NCBI GenBank assembly: GCA_049724395.1
Contig: JAUGWO010000102.1
Span: 124,001 to 188,000 of the forward strand
Length of the DNA: 64,000 nt
Source: Spongospora subterranea f. sp. subterranea
Taxonomy: Eukaryota
Direction of reading: 5' to 3'
Below are positions 50,861 to 62,379 of the stretch, piece by piece (the first letter of the stretch is position 1; every line of letters begins with the position of its first letter). Made by a program: the position numbers and the translations under genes. Below the pieces are notes generated by a model, which saw only the letters and a list, made by a program, of their open reading frames with translations, was not told the origin of the DNA and searched no databases.

Positions 50861-53800
50861 ATGCCGGACCAACAAGGCAGGATGCCGTCCACCGGATCCG
50901 AAACTTTGCGTCCCAATGCTGCGACGTTTCAGCCGAAACTGCGCGCCACAGCGGCCACTTTTGTGCCCAGCGCCACAGCGGCCGCTTTTGTGCCCAGCCA
51001 CCAGTTTCAATTCTCAACCCAGATGCCAGTACCAATGATTCCTGTTCACCAGCAATATTATCGTCCTGTTTCTGAAAAACCAGAATCAGCGAATATTTAC
51101 TACTCCATCCCTGAAATTCAGAATGCTCATTATCCCTCAGTAATGCAACAAATCAATCCGATTTCTCCCAGACATCAACCCAAGTTTCATCCGAATTTTC
51201 ATGGGCAGCCCGCGCACTCTGTTTCCCAGACCATGTCACCGCGCGTCGATCCAGGTAAATCTACGCGTGCACCATGGAACATGGATGCGTCAGAGTTTTC
51301 ATTGTCTAAAGAAAAGCGTCACATTTCCGTCGAAACCATTTCCGACGCTGTAGAACCCGTCCATGACCGGGCAGAAGAGGCGTTATCCGCTGACATCAAT
51401 GAAGCTACTCCCTTGGAGCCTGTTCAGGCTGTGATGCCTAAAACAGCACCTATTGACGCTGCTGTTGCTGCTGACGATGTTGTTGCCGAAGTTGCTACTC
51501 CTGCGATTTGCGAAACCGACATTCCTGCTGATCACAAAGCAGTGCAAGTTCCGGTCCGGCCTGACTCCGATGTCAGTGCATCAAATGATGGTATTGAGCA
51601 GCCAGGACCTCTAGAACACGTCATCGCACACAAATCTGCTCCTCCTCAGGAGGAGGCGGTATGTACTTCAACAGGTGGAGACCCCATCGCTGCCGTGAGC
51701 TTACCGTGTGCTGAAGGCGATATCAAACCTATCCAATCTACCGAAGAGAGCGACTCCAGTGATGCGACTCATCAGCGTTTTACTGTGGAGCAGATTTTGG
51801 AGCTTCAAGATCAATTCGACACTGTTAAAACTGAAGCCAATGCAGTTGAAATCACGGCAGCAGCGAAATATTCTGTGGACGATTTAATATCGTTCCAGGA
51901 TAAATTCACATCTGCTCCCAAATTCACGTCAGGGATGATAGATTGCATTAAGGGTATGACAAGGTCGGCGACGATTATTCGAGACAGCCGTTCTTCGTCG
52001 GATCGAAAGGGGTATCAAAGTTCTCAGCAGCAATCCCAGCGAGCACCGCGTCAGTATAACGCCGCTCAGTCAAGGTCAAGAGAAGCTTCCAGAACTCGGG
52101 AGTTCTCACGTGCCCAGTTTGGAAACCTTCAAGGAACAGTAAAAACCTTGGATGACGGACGTGATGGACGCGATGGGCGCGATGGAAAACGTCGAGGTCA
52201 TTTCGGTTATGACGGCCCGGTTCGGGCAGTTGAGCCATATGTTGAACCTCTAGCCAAGACAGAAAATCGGTATGTGGTGAAGAAGGATGTTGAAGGTGAA
52301 GAATATGTAAGTCGTTTTTTCTGTCACGTTGAGCATCTATTTATCATTTTTTTTTGACAGGCCTTAAGACAAGTTCAAAGCGTTCTTAACAAGTTAACGC
52401 CCGAAAAATTCGAACGGCTCGTCACCCAGCTGGTTGACCTTATTGTTGGCCATCTTGATCATCTCGAGAAGATTATTGAGCTAGTATTTGACAAGGCGGT
52501 TAACGAATTTGCGTTCGCCAATATGTATATTTTTCATCAGTTTTGCCCCAAAATATTCATCTCGGTTGCAGGTACGGTGATTTATGCAAACTTCTCCACC
52601 AGAGACTTGTTGCACAAGGAACGGAGGTCAGTAGGTTCAGGGAAATTTTATTGAGGCGTTGTCAGGTATCTCCCGTCGATCCGCTTTAACTCTGGTGCTG
52701 TAAAATTTATTTATTTATTTTAGAACGAATTTACCGCTCGTGCGGAAGAGCCAATCAAAATTTCCCAACTTGAAGATCAAGAAGAGCGTGATTTGGCAAT
52801 TTTTCTTTCACGTCGGCGAGCCCGGGGATTGGTCACATTCATTGGCCACGTGTACAACCGTGATTTGATCGGCTACAACGTAATCATGCAGTGTCTTTCT
52901 GGAACTGCTCCCGTTACCTCAGGCGAATCTGTCCGGAATATTGATTGGGATATCGAGGACACTTGTTCGATGTGGCAGGTCGTTGGGAAGAAATTTTCAG
53001 CGGTCAAACTTGAGTGTGTTCAACAAGTCGTCAACGTCTCCTTTGTTATCTTTCAGGTATCTTCGTAGTCGTTTACCTATGACTGCTGTTCAATTGTCGC
53101 CTCGCAGAAAATTATTGACGCTCGTCAAGTCAATAGCCGGATGATGTTCATGTTACAGGACCTTGTTGACTTGAGATCTAACCGCTGGGAGCCGCGCAGG
53201 GAAGTCGTCGTTGCATCTAAGATCGCCGAAGTTCACAAAAAGGTTCATTCATTCATTGCTCACTTGTGCAATGGCTAACTGGTTTACTTTGTAGGCTGCT
53301 GCTGAGGCATTGAAAAAAGAGAAGGTTGCGCAAAGGGCTAACGAACAACGGAAGATTGAGGAACGTGAATCGAGGTATTATCGTCGCGGTCCGGTAGTCG
53401 GCAGGAGTGCAAAATATCCGAGTAATGAACCGAAAGCGCGAGCGGTAGCCTCAGCTGATGGTTGGCATACCACAAAGCGTGGCTCCCGCAATGTACCTTC
53501 CGATTCTTCAGTACATCGGGCTGTTGATCCTTTGGCTCAATCTGGACGTCCATCCAGAGTTGCTGGTGAACTTTCAGATAACAAGGCAAATGCCAACAAT
53601 TTTGCGCTACTCAACGATGAGCATGATGAAGACGATGTCGTATCTGCTGAGAACTCGCTTGAAGACGGTGGTCAGTGCACTTCCGAAAACTCTTCAGAAA
53701 ACGAACTTGAATTGGAAACGAGTGCGTTCAATGAAGAACTATGCGATTTTGATGAAGAGGTACGAGGTTCATTTCTCACAGGATCTTCATTTTTTTAACG

Positions 53801-54373
53801 TTGATACCTATGCAGCTTTTCCGAAGTAATATCAAAGGGATGGTTAAAGAATTTTCCTCAAACCTTAATTACGAAGAACTAGTGCAATCTACAAATGACC
53901 TTGGGCATGAGTCAATGCATCACCTTATAGTCTACGAAGCCGTTGCCATGGCTTTCGAAGGCAAGGCCGCGGAGCGTGAAAATCTGCCGACGCTTTTGGG
54001 CAAGATTGTTGAACAGTCTCTTCTGACGTCACCTCAGATAATCGCCGGTTTAGCTGAATATATCGAATTTCTAGAGGACCTCGAGATCGATATTCCGATG
54101 GTCAGGACATATTTGGCCGACCTTATTGCTGAACTGATTATTATGAGAGCGTTGACTATGTCGTACCTACAAGACATTGCCGGTGTAAAGGGAGTTTCCA
54201 TCAAAACTCTTCAAACAATTATGGGGAAGGATAAAGAGGAATTGCTGGGTCTAGTCAAAGAATCCAAATTGGATCTTAGCGCGATTTTATTGCCCAAGGG
54301 TGAAGGATCTTCTGAAGATGCCAGATCGTTGTTATCTTCGGCAGGCCTCAATGTTCTTGCTCAGTGTCTGTGA
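50861..54373 (+). CDS. EIF4G: Translation initiation factor eIF4G
   Basis: YSVDDLI eIF4E-binding motif, MIF4G (VLNKLTPEKF, IELVFDKAVNE, FMLQDLVDLRSNRW), C-terminal MA3 (LEDLEIDIP). Confidence 0.92.
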
Positions 54374-54707
54374 TCAATCTATACCATTTAGCCATACATT
54401 TTGATAAAACTTTCATCGTTAGCCGGTACAGTGTTTTCCCAACAGAGTCTCCTGATGGGATCGCGAAATCAAATCTGGAGCCACCAAATTCGGAATGACT
54501 GACGTTGGCAAAAGGTTTTCTTTTCTACTAGGAAAGTACTACGTTATGTTATAGAAAATGCATATAAGCGATATCAGGTGCCCTGGCGTCCTGAGTCAAT
54601 ACATGCACCGTGGTCACGAATGGCTGCTCGACTGGTATGGGAGTACACATGTCGTCAAGGCGATCTCAAGCTCTGTGGCCAAATTACATGCGCCCCAGCA
54701 AGGAGTA

Positions 54708-55442
54708 CAGTAATCAGTCTGTTAAGAGATCTTGTGACAATGGCTGAACCTTAGGTGCTTAACACCCTAAACGCTGATGCATACTACTGTTTAGGGTCTT
54801 AACAAAAGTACATGTTTTTGAAAAGTTGATGAAAAATAAGATCAAGTCATGTTGTTGTCAAGTTGGTGTCTCGGGACGGCCTGTAGGTCAATTTGGAATG
54901 GGTTGCGTTCGGTGTTTATGAGGTTGTCGCGCAATGTTAATTCCAAAACCTCAAGGAATACGATTCTCCTCTCGTAACAGGAAATTCATCAATCGATTTA
55001 CATTCAGAGAGTGATTAATCTGATTGAGCTCCTGTTTCGAGTCCGATAATTCGGTGTTCTCTGAAGGCGACTACGATCCTTTCAAAGAAGGAGATCTAGT
55101 ACAGATTATCGCAGCGGCGATTGTCATGGGTGTTATTACAGTAGGGCGTGCCACCCTACACGGTCAACCAGTGCCATCGGATTCCATTATTGTTTTAATT
55201 CAGGAAATCCAAGCCGGTGACTCACTGGGCAATGATTAGTTTGGAGAACCTGTTGGTCTGGGAGCTTATATCTCAGTTTCTACCAGCTGTTTATTGAAAA
55301 GCGAATATAAATTTGAAACCATTTTCTCATCTGTTTGATACAACATGCAATTATTAGTTAAAAAAAGTCTGCTTATCAAGACCCTGAAACCCTGAAATGG
55401 TTTAGGACCCCAAACCCTGGTAAAAATTAGACGGAATTACTG
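54708..55442. mobile_element. Non-autonomous Tc1/mariner-type element (MITE)
   Basis: TA|CAGTAATCAGTCT … AGACGGAATTACTG|TA termini with TA on both sides; subterminal inverted matches (TTTAGGGTCTT/AAGACCCTGAA, CATGTTGT/ACAACATG); no transposase ORF. Confidence 0.7.
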
Positions 55443-55597
55443 TATTCTACAGTCCAACAGCAATGGTATATTTCAACTGGAGTAGCCATGCTCACAGACA
55501 GGGGTCCATACGTTACTTACTGTACTCTCGAGGATGTCACTCTACCGATAACCAACACTGTTATAGAGAGGTGTATTGAGCTGTTTGTCAGGGCACA

Positions 55598-56626
55598 ATG
55601 TCCATGACCCTTTTCAATCCAGCATATCGCCGGGCGCAACAGGACCGTCGCTTCAGCATGACCCCCGAGCAATACCTGACCAAGCATAACATCCCAGAGT
55701 ATCTGGCGGATGCGGTCAGGCTATTAGCTGAATCAAACGACGCTGATCCTTTAGGGTTCCTTTCAGCTTAGTTAGTCTTATTAACGTCTGCGTCCCAGAA
55801 AAAAATTCAATAATCGAAAAGTTTTGCAAATATTCTCTCAGGAGAGAACGTAATTTTTCGCGATTTCGCTTATATCCAGATGACGGCAAGAAATCGGCGT
55901 TCCTTCATACGCCATGTCTGTGATACATACCAAAACTTTGACCAATCGGAAGGTATCGGTTATTAGTTATTTTGGCTCATCTGGCTGATTGTTGCTATGC
56001 TAGAGATCACACCAGAATCATTGCATCAGTTATTTTGTTTGATCTGTCCTGATTTCCCATTCGAATATGTTTCGTGCGGCCATCATATTTGCTCTCTGAG
56101 CCAAACTTCCTGCAGCGATTCATATCCTAATAAGGGGGGTGGTCTCCCGTTCTCCCAGCTTCTGCATTATTCGTCGTTATTCTTGTTCTTCTCCGACTTT
56201 CTGCGAATTTGTGCCAAAGAATTTGTCAGCGCCAATGGCGAAACATCCGAAGTTGATTGTACAGTCATTTATGGAAGTATATTGGAAGCTTCTAAGAAGT
56301 TCGACAGCTTGATCGTTCCGGATCAAGCCGTCCTGACTGACATACTCTGCAGAAATGCCGGTAATTCGACTGAGCTATTGCCCGGATTGAACTGATGGAC
56401 TTGTTAAAACATATTAGATGAACTTCCTCAGCTAATGTCGTTCGATGATTTCGTGAAAGCGCTTTTCAACCACAAAGATATTGCAAACGCTTTGGTGGAA
56501 CCGAGATCGTATGCGGAACTGAGAGAAAGCATAGAGCGACTGTTAAAGAGTCTCTCTCTAGATAAGAACTTGACTCAAGCTCGATCGAAAAGGAAAGTGC
56601 GCCGAAACGACAAAAGGACAAATTGA
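55598..56626 (+). CDS. CSTPP1: C11orf49/CSTPP1-like centriolar satellite protein
   Basis: EQYL..HNIPEYLADAV, FANILSGENVIFRDFAYIQMTARNRRSF, LFCLICPDFP; three introns. Confidence 0.78.
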
Positions 56627-57390
56627 TACAGTTAAGAATCAGATTGTAACAAAGACATCGGCTCGGCGGTTTCCGTTTTTGTTCTCAAAGTGCCAGTTTG
56701 AGCCCATTTTCTTTTACCAGAACGTCCTAACCATTCGAACATATCACTCCTGTTTACGTCTCTAGCACTCTAAAACATGATTCATCTGTATACAGATCAA
56801 TTTTGCTGACCGATAGCGACCATGAGTTTGTTGTTCAAAGCTCGTCGGCGGTAAATATCATTTATTGCGGCCGCCTAATGTGGTTCAAAGCGATGTTAGA
56901 TGTTACTCACGCTCACTTCATATTTCACTCAATCAAGTTATATGAACCGAGTCATTCCAATACTGTTCACACCACGATTGTGGCAATTCTACCCTCATGG
57001 TTTCCGATGAAGCTGACGATGTTGGATAGATCTCAACCTTCCGGTCAAATAGCGCCTGTAGTATATAGTTGATCTACTGGACATGACACGGCCAAAAATT
57101 GTGTCAGGCAATGGAGCGAGATGCACAAATTTACTGTAATAAGACAGAGCGACCAACGTCTGCTACAAATCAAAGAAAAAAAAATGAAAGAACACAACTG
57201 CACTTGGATACAACGGTAAAAGTGGCAAGTATAGCGATAGCTATCGAAAGGGCAGTTCCCGGACACAGCAACGTTTTCAATGAACTGAACTGTCACCGCA
57301 CGCGAATGACGACACATTCAATAACTCAAAGGCTAAAGAGAAACTTTGAGCCAATTCAGCTTAATAATTTAAAATAATTTACAGAAAATG

Positions 57391-59484
57391 TCACGGCAGA
57401 CGAAATAGAGGAGCAGTTCTTCCTGATGAGTGGGATGACATAACGGGCTTGGACCTTTTCAAACTACGCCGTTGCCTTCCTTTTTTCCGATCTTTCTTCT
57501 TGATTTGTGGTTTCGCAGGTCCGGCGGTTTTGGCTTTCGCTGACAAGATCAACTGTTCCTGAGAGATGTGTTCATATGGGCATGATTCACCAAGGCCACA
57601 AACACCATCATCGGCAAACGAATAACAATACCCAGATACTGCATTTGTGATAAAGTGAGAATGCGGACAATTAGGTGTTCTTTGGCAAACGCCCTTTGAC
57701 AGAAAGGACGGGCATGCAGAATTGGTGGAATTTCTGTTTCTTACAAGGGGAGGGAATGTAAAAGGGATGCGACCCTGATGAGCAACAAATATGGGGGGGA
57801 TGTAAGACGACTCAAACACATCCAAAGCTGCTTGACAGCGTGCCCAACTCGATCGTAGATCACATGGTGTTGAAGACTCCGAGTCGCTGACCATATATAC
57901 GGTTAACGATTCCTGTCCAGGCAACCTTGCGATGATGTAATCCCCTTCAGGCAGGGCCACCATCTCTGTAATGACGGTTTCTAAATTGGACAGAGCCACA
58001 GGAATAGCTTCGGCGTCAGCAATTGACGACAGAGGAACCGCTTCTGACGACACAACCGATGGAGTTACTGGATCAATCCTATACATATACACAAGAGGGT
58101 TCTGCTCTTGATAAAGGCGAACGAAGGATGATGACCACAGTCTTGTACGTTCACGACTTGACAATTCTTCGGCTGGATTGCCTTCCAAACCGCAAAGCAT
58201 GTCGATTTTAGCGGCAACAGGAATGTGAAACAGGCGAAAAGAAGGATTTGGGTGGACATCTTTCAACGAGAGCATCTCACAAAGTGAATAGCGTCGCTTG
58301 GGCTGAATACACCCCTGTGGGACAACTTCTGCCCGAACGGCTGCCCCGAGCCTATACCTGAGAAGAATGTTGACTGCACCTAATTTCCAAAGACTGTAGT
58401 TGGCGCTTGTATCATCACGGTCTTCAGGAACAACTTCCCCTGTAGAAATTTTCACAGCATATTTAGCGGACCTTTTTAGCGCATTAGTCAACAAACGCCT
58501 GAAGACACGATTGTATTGCTGCCGGGGCGTTTCATTATAAAGGTCTACTATAGGATCGCCAAATACAGCACGCTTTCCCACACCATCAAAGTTGCGAATG
58601 GCCAAAGGAATTCTGCACGCAGCACCTGCTAGTAAATCTTTAAAAGCGGATGTGCTCATTGCTGCGCATATGTCATAGGATGGGGTCGACATTAACTCAT
58701 TAGCAACATCATCAGCTCGCATGTCGGGTAACTTTGAGGATGAGGTCAGTCCTCCAATAGCTTGGGTACAGGATGATATTATCTCGGGTCCAAGTGCCAT
58801 CACCTGTTGGGGATCAACAATAGGAACATTCCCTATTTCGGATACATTGGAGATATGCGTTAGCAATGCAGACCCGTCTTTACGATGAATGCATTTCACG
58901 TGCGTAAATATTTGGTTTTGCCTAGAAGACATTGCCAGCTGACTAAAAAGTTCCTTTGCATAATCAGCAACCTTGAGATAACGATCAAGATGAAAATCTC
59001 TAAACTTCTGCTTTTGGACAGTCCGATATCTGCGTTGCTCTTGGGCAACCCTCTCTTGCATTTTTTTAAACCTGATCTGTAATGGTTCACTGTCTAATTC
59101 TGTAGACGATAAACGAAGGTATTCGGCATGATCATGTTCTGAGAGAGGTTGATCATCGCAAGCCTGCACGAACGATTTTCGAATCACCTTCCGGCGACGG
59201 GGCGACGCCAGATATAGGTTTGAGAACCGTTCAGTTTGCGGAACTAGAGAAAACTCCCGGAAGCACTGCAAGGAAAAAAACTCAGCTTCACTCGAATCGA
59301 CCATTGAATAGGAATTGTTCAGCGGAGGCAAATCGGGAGAAAGTAATTGAGGAAGGGAAATATCCATCTCAATAGACGGAAGACCCGGCGATAATATTTC
59401 TGACGTCAAATTCCTTGTCATGTGCCGCCATAGCTCTTCAGGTTGTACACGACATTGTTGTTGGCTAGTGCGACCACGGTCCAT
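57391..59484 (-). CDS. ICE2: ICE2/NARG2-like protein with two C-terminal CCCH zinc fingers
   Basis: NYSLWKLG..NILLR, KID…EELSSRERTRLW, LPEGDYII, HQGRIPFTFPP; then CPSFLSKGVC…CPHSH and CYSFADDGVC…CPYEH; 697 aa, intronless. Confidence 0.75.
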   Translation of the reverse strand: MDRGRTSQQQCRVQPEELWRHMTRNLTSEILSPGLPSIEMDISLPQLLSPDLPPLNNSYSMVDSSEAEFFSLQCFREFSLVPQTERFSNLYLASPRRRKVIRKSFVQACDDQPLSEHDHAEYLRLSSTELDSEPLQIRFKKMQERVAQEQRRYRTVQKQKFRDFHLDRYLKVADYAKELFSQLAMSSRQNQIFTHVKCIHRKDGSALLTHISNVSEIGNVPIVDPQQVMALGPEIISSCTQAIGGLTSSSKLPDMRADDVANELMSTPSYDICAAMSTSAFKDLLAGAACRIPLAIRNFDGVGKRAVFGDPIVDLYNETPRQQYNRVFRRLLTNALKRSAKYAVKISTGEVVPEDRDDTSANYSLWKLGAVNILLRYRLGAAVRAEVVPQGCIQPKRRYSLCEMLSLKDVHPNPSFRLFHIPVAAKIDMLCGLEGNPAEELSSRERTRLWSSSFVRLYQEQNPLVYMYRIDPVTPSVVSSEAVPLSSIADAEAIPVALSNLETVITEMVALPEGDYIIARLPGQESLTVYMVSDSESSTPCDLRSSWARCQAALDVFESSYIPPIFVAHQGRIPFTFPPLVRNRNSTNSACPSFLSKGVCQRTPNCPHSHFITNAVSGYCYSFADDGVCGLGESCPYEHISQEQLILSAKAKTAGPAKPQIKKKDRKKGRQRRSLKRSKPVMSSHSSGRTAPLFRLP

Positions 59485-59919
59485 GGAACGACCGCTGAAA
59501 CGAGGGCTGAGGGCCGATAGATGGGACTATCAATTATGGACCTGAACCCCCAACAGACTAATCTAATGACCCAAACCCTTCCTATTTTACCGATGGCAAT
59601 CCACTTTCTGATTGTAATTTTCAGCTTTAACTGGGGTCGGAGTTTCACGGCGGACTTTTCCCACTGTTTTTTGTGTGCTGCATAACAACGTTACGGGTAA
59701 TGATGATGCCACAGCGGATGTACGCAACCCACGTTGATCGGCCTGGTTGCACTCGAATTGACAGGTGTCCAATCGTGGATGGGGAATCTGGGACGGGCAT
59801 TTCATGGTCTATCTTTTGCGAAACAAGGACACAGGTCGTACTCCATCTTTGTTGAGACGTTTTGGGTTGGATAGCTTCGCAAGAGCCGTGACGCCTGGTG
59901 GCGTCAAACGGTGTCGGTG

Positions 59920-60444
59920 ATGACAGATTCATCGGAATATATACCTGCAAGTACAAGCGAATCATCGGATTCTGCCGATGCCAAAGACCATGCCGAATCG
60001 CTGTTGAAAGCAAAACGTCTCATGGGAATGGCTCCTCACGAAATTGCCAGCTACAGTCAAATTCAGGTACTTGTGGACGTGCAAAGGCTATTTGTTGATG
60101 TAATCAATTTCTCTGAATACTTCAAACAGTTGTACCGAGATGGTAAACCAGAGCAAGTACTAGGAGAACTGCCTGTACTTGATGAATTCATGCAATTAAA
60201 ACAGCAATCATCAACTGTGCGTATTGATAACATGCTCCAAGTGTCGAAGAAGCTTGCATCATTCAATGCAGAAGCAGCTAAAAAAGCCAAACAAGAGGCG
60301 GAAAACAAGCAAATGTCCAAACAAGCCAAAGTTTTTGGAATTGACGATAATGATTTAGAAGTATATACTGCACATGAAAAAGTTTCAAAGATCTTTGGGG
60401 ATGCACCACCGAAAGATGCATTCCCTGATGGCGCTAAGCGCTGA
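59920..60444 (+). CDS. Uncharacterised small protein, paralog B
   Basis: In-frame 63-nt intron 60067-60129 at the same position as in 45321-45869; shared GMA.HEIA.Y.QIQ, YR.GKP.Q.LG..P.LD, K.FG motifs. Confidence 0.82.
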   Translation: MTDSSEYIPASTSESSDSADAKDHAESLLKAKRLMGMAPHEIASYSQIQVLVDVQRLFVDVINFSEYFKQLYRDGKPEQVLGELPVLDEFMQLKQQSSTVRIDNMLQVSKKLASFNAEAAKKAKQEAENKQMSKQAKVFGIDDNDLEVYTAHEKVSKIFGDAPPKDAFPDGAKR

Positions 60445-61009
60445 TTTATCCATTTTAGGCTACAATACATATCTAATTATTTCTCTTTTTATCAACGTCT
60501 GGTAGCCCACTCCTCGATTCGGCCGGACCCAATATTCGTCCCCATTCGTGTCAGATCCGGATATCCGTAACAACCGTGCTCTCCAACCCCAACCACACTC
60601 GGCTATCAGGGGTTGTTGAAGGTTGTGAAACCCCCCTCTCATACAGACGCGATGTCACCGTCTACGGTAAGGGTGTGGTTGACCTCCCAAAAGCAGTACA
60701 GTTTGGCCGTAGTGTTGAGCGTAACATGGTCTGTGACTCAATCGGTGTCTACCGGACCACCTATATAGCCTATATCTGTTCAAGTTCCTTTTGCTTATCA
60801 TTGGGATATCCCTCCTGCCCTGGTGGTCGCCGGCCCCTGTTCAGACAAACAAGGCAAGCACCATTCCGACGGCGAAATCCATATCCTAGCGGAATACTTA
60901 CCTTTTTCCTTATCCAGTACCGCTGGTCTTGGACTAGGCCGTTGAGGCCCTTTTTCAACGCTGAAGAAGTTTGGATTCGCTCGCGATCTTATACGACATT
61001 CTTTTGTAA

Positions 61010-62334
61010 ATGTTGAAGTCGGTTGTCGGATATGGGATGCGCTCATATGAAAAAGCGGTCTTGAAAGCCACCTGGAATGATGATTCGACTTCTTCGGAGG
61101 AACATGTCGAAGCATTGATCGAATACTCTAATCGCCCTGTGAAGCATGATATCGCTTTATCTATTCAGTCCAGGATAAATTTGAAGTCGCCATGGAAGGT
61201 CAGAAATGACGTGATGCGATAATGATTGCAGGACTGAGTTTGTATGCCCAGGTTGTTTTGAAATCCATTACTCTGATTCATCGCCTGCTTCGGGATGCCG
61301 ACGAATCGTTCACGAAGGACGTCCTCCACGCAAATATGATTCTTGCTGTAGAGGACTATCTTGATCAATCAACACCGGTAGCCGCTGGAGAATCAGAGTT
61401 TATCGTCCATTATGCGTATTACGTAAGCCACAAACTTCATACGTACAATGAACTTGGTTATTGGATCGAGCGGAAGTTTCGAGACTGTTCAAGTCCAATC
61501 GAATGGGTCAGTTCGCTACCAATGCAGGTCAGCTCCTCATGCGAGGATTTCTACAGGCAATTCAACGTTGTTTTTGTTCAAACAGGAATTGGAAAGGGTA
61601 TTCCCGCTTGTGATGTCCTCATTTGATCGCCTCACCTCATGTCATCCCTCTGATCAATTTGATGGGGTCCATCCGATCGAGCAAAAATCTCACTTACTTC
61701 TTTTCAAAGATGCGCTACGATTCTATTCCTTTTTTAACTATATCTATATTTCAGATGATAGGTGCTTCATTCTTTTTTATTCGTTGAGTTCAACTAAGAT
61801 GTTTACCTTTAGACCAAGTGAACTCGTTCGATACAACGACTTGCGAATGGATGATCACACAGATCGCACATTTCACAAAGCTAAACGCTAAATACAAATC
61901 TTGGGCAAGTAAGCTTTGCAAGTTGGAAATTGTAGACCAGTCGTTCTTGCCGAATTTCGAGACAATCCCGTCTGGTACGATAGCCAATCTACAAACGCTG
62001 CTTGTTGGAAGAAGCCGCAACGCATCCAAAAATAAGGCTCGTACGTATTGTGGATTGATTTAGCTATCATGTCGGTATTTATATGTCTCTAGGGAGCCGG
62101 AGTAGGACCCCGAAAGGAAACAAGCCTAAATCTCCAAGCAAAGCGTCGCACACATCAACGGTTGAAGAAAACGGAATATCTGAAGGGAAAGCTGGATCAG
62201 ATCTGGATCTGTGTTTCCCGGTGCCTACTTCCAACTCCACTGATATCGATTTTCTCGGCATATCCAACCTTTCGATTGGTGCTAAAAGAGGGAAGTCCGA
62301 AGATTTTGATTTCAACGGTACTAACTACGAATAA
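61010..62334 (+). CDS. ANTH (AP180/CALM N-terminal homology) domain protein
   Basis: EKAVLKAT, EEHVEALI, W.VVLKSITLIHRLLRD, FIVHYAYY; introns. Confidence 0.85.
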
Positions 62335-62379
62335 CTGAGTGAAAAATGGTATCTGTATAAATTTATAGAAAAATGACGG

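Noticed and set aside
56640..57380. Gene between the CSTPP1-like and ICE2-like genes (also 40600-41400 and 44520-45200)
   Set aside because: All frames are interrupted by stops and nothing is recognisable; possibly relics but unsupported
60894..60903. U1 snRNA 5' end (ATACTTACCT)
   Set aside because: Only 10 nt match; no U1 stem-loops or Sm site follow
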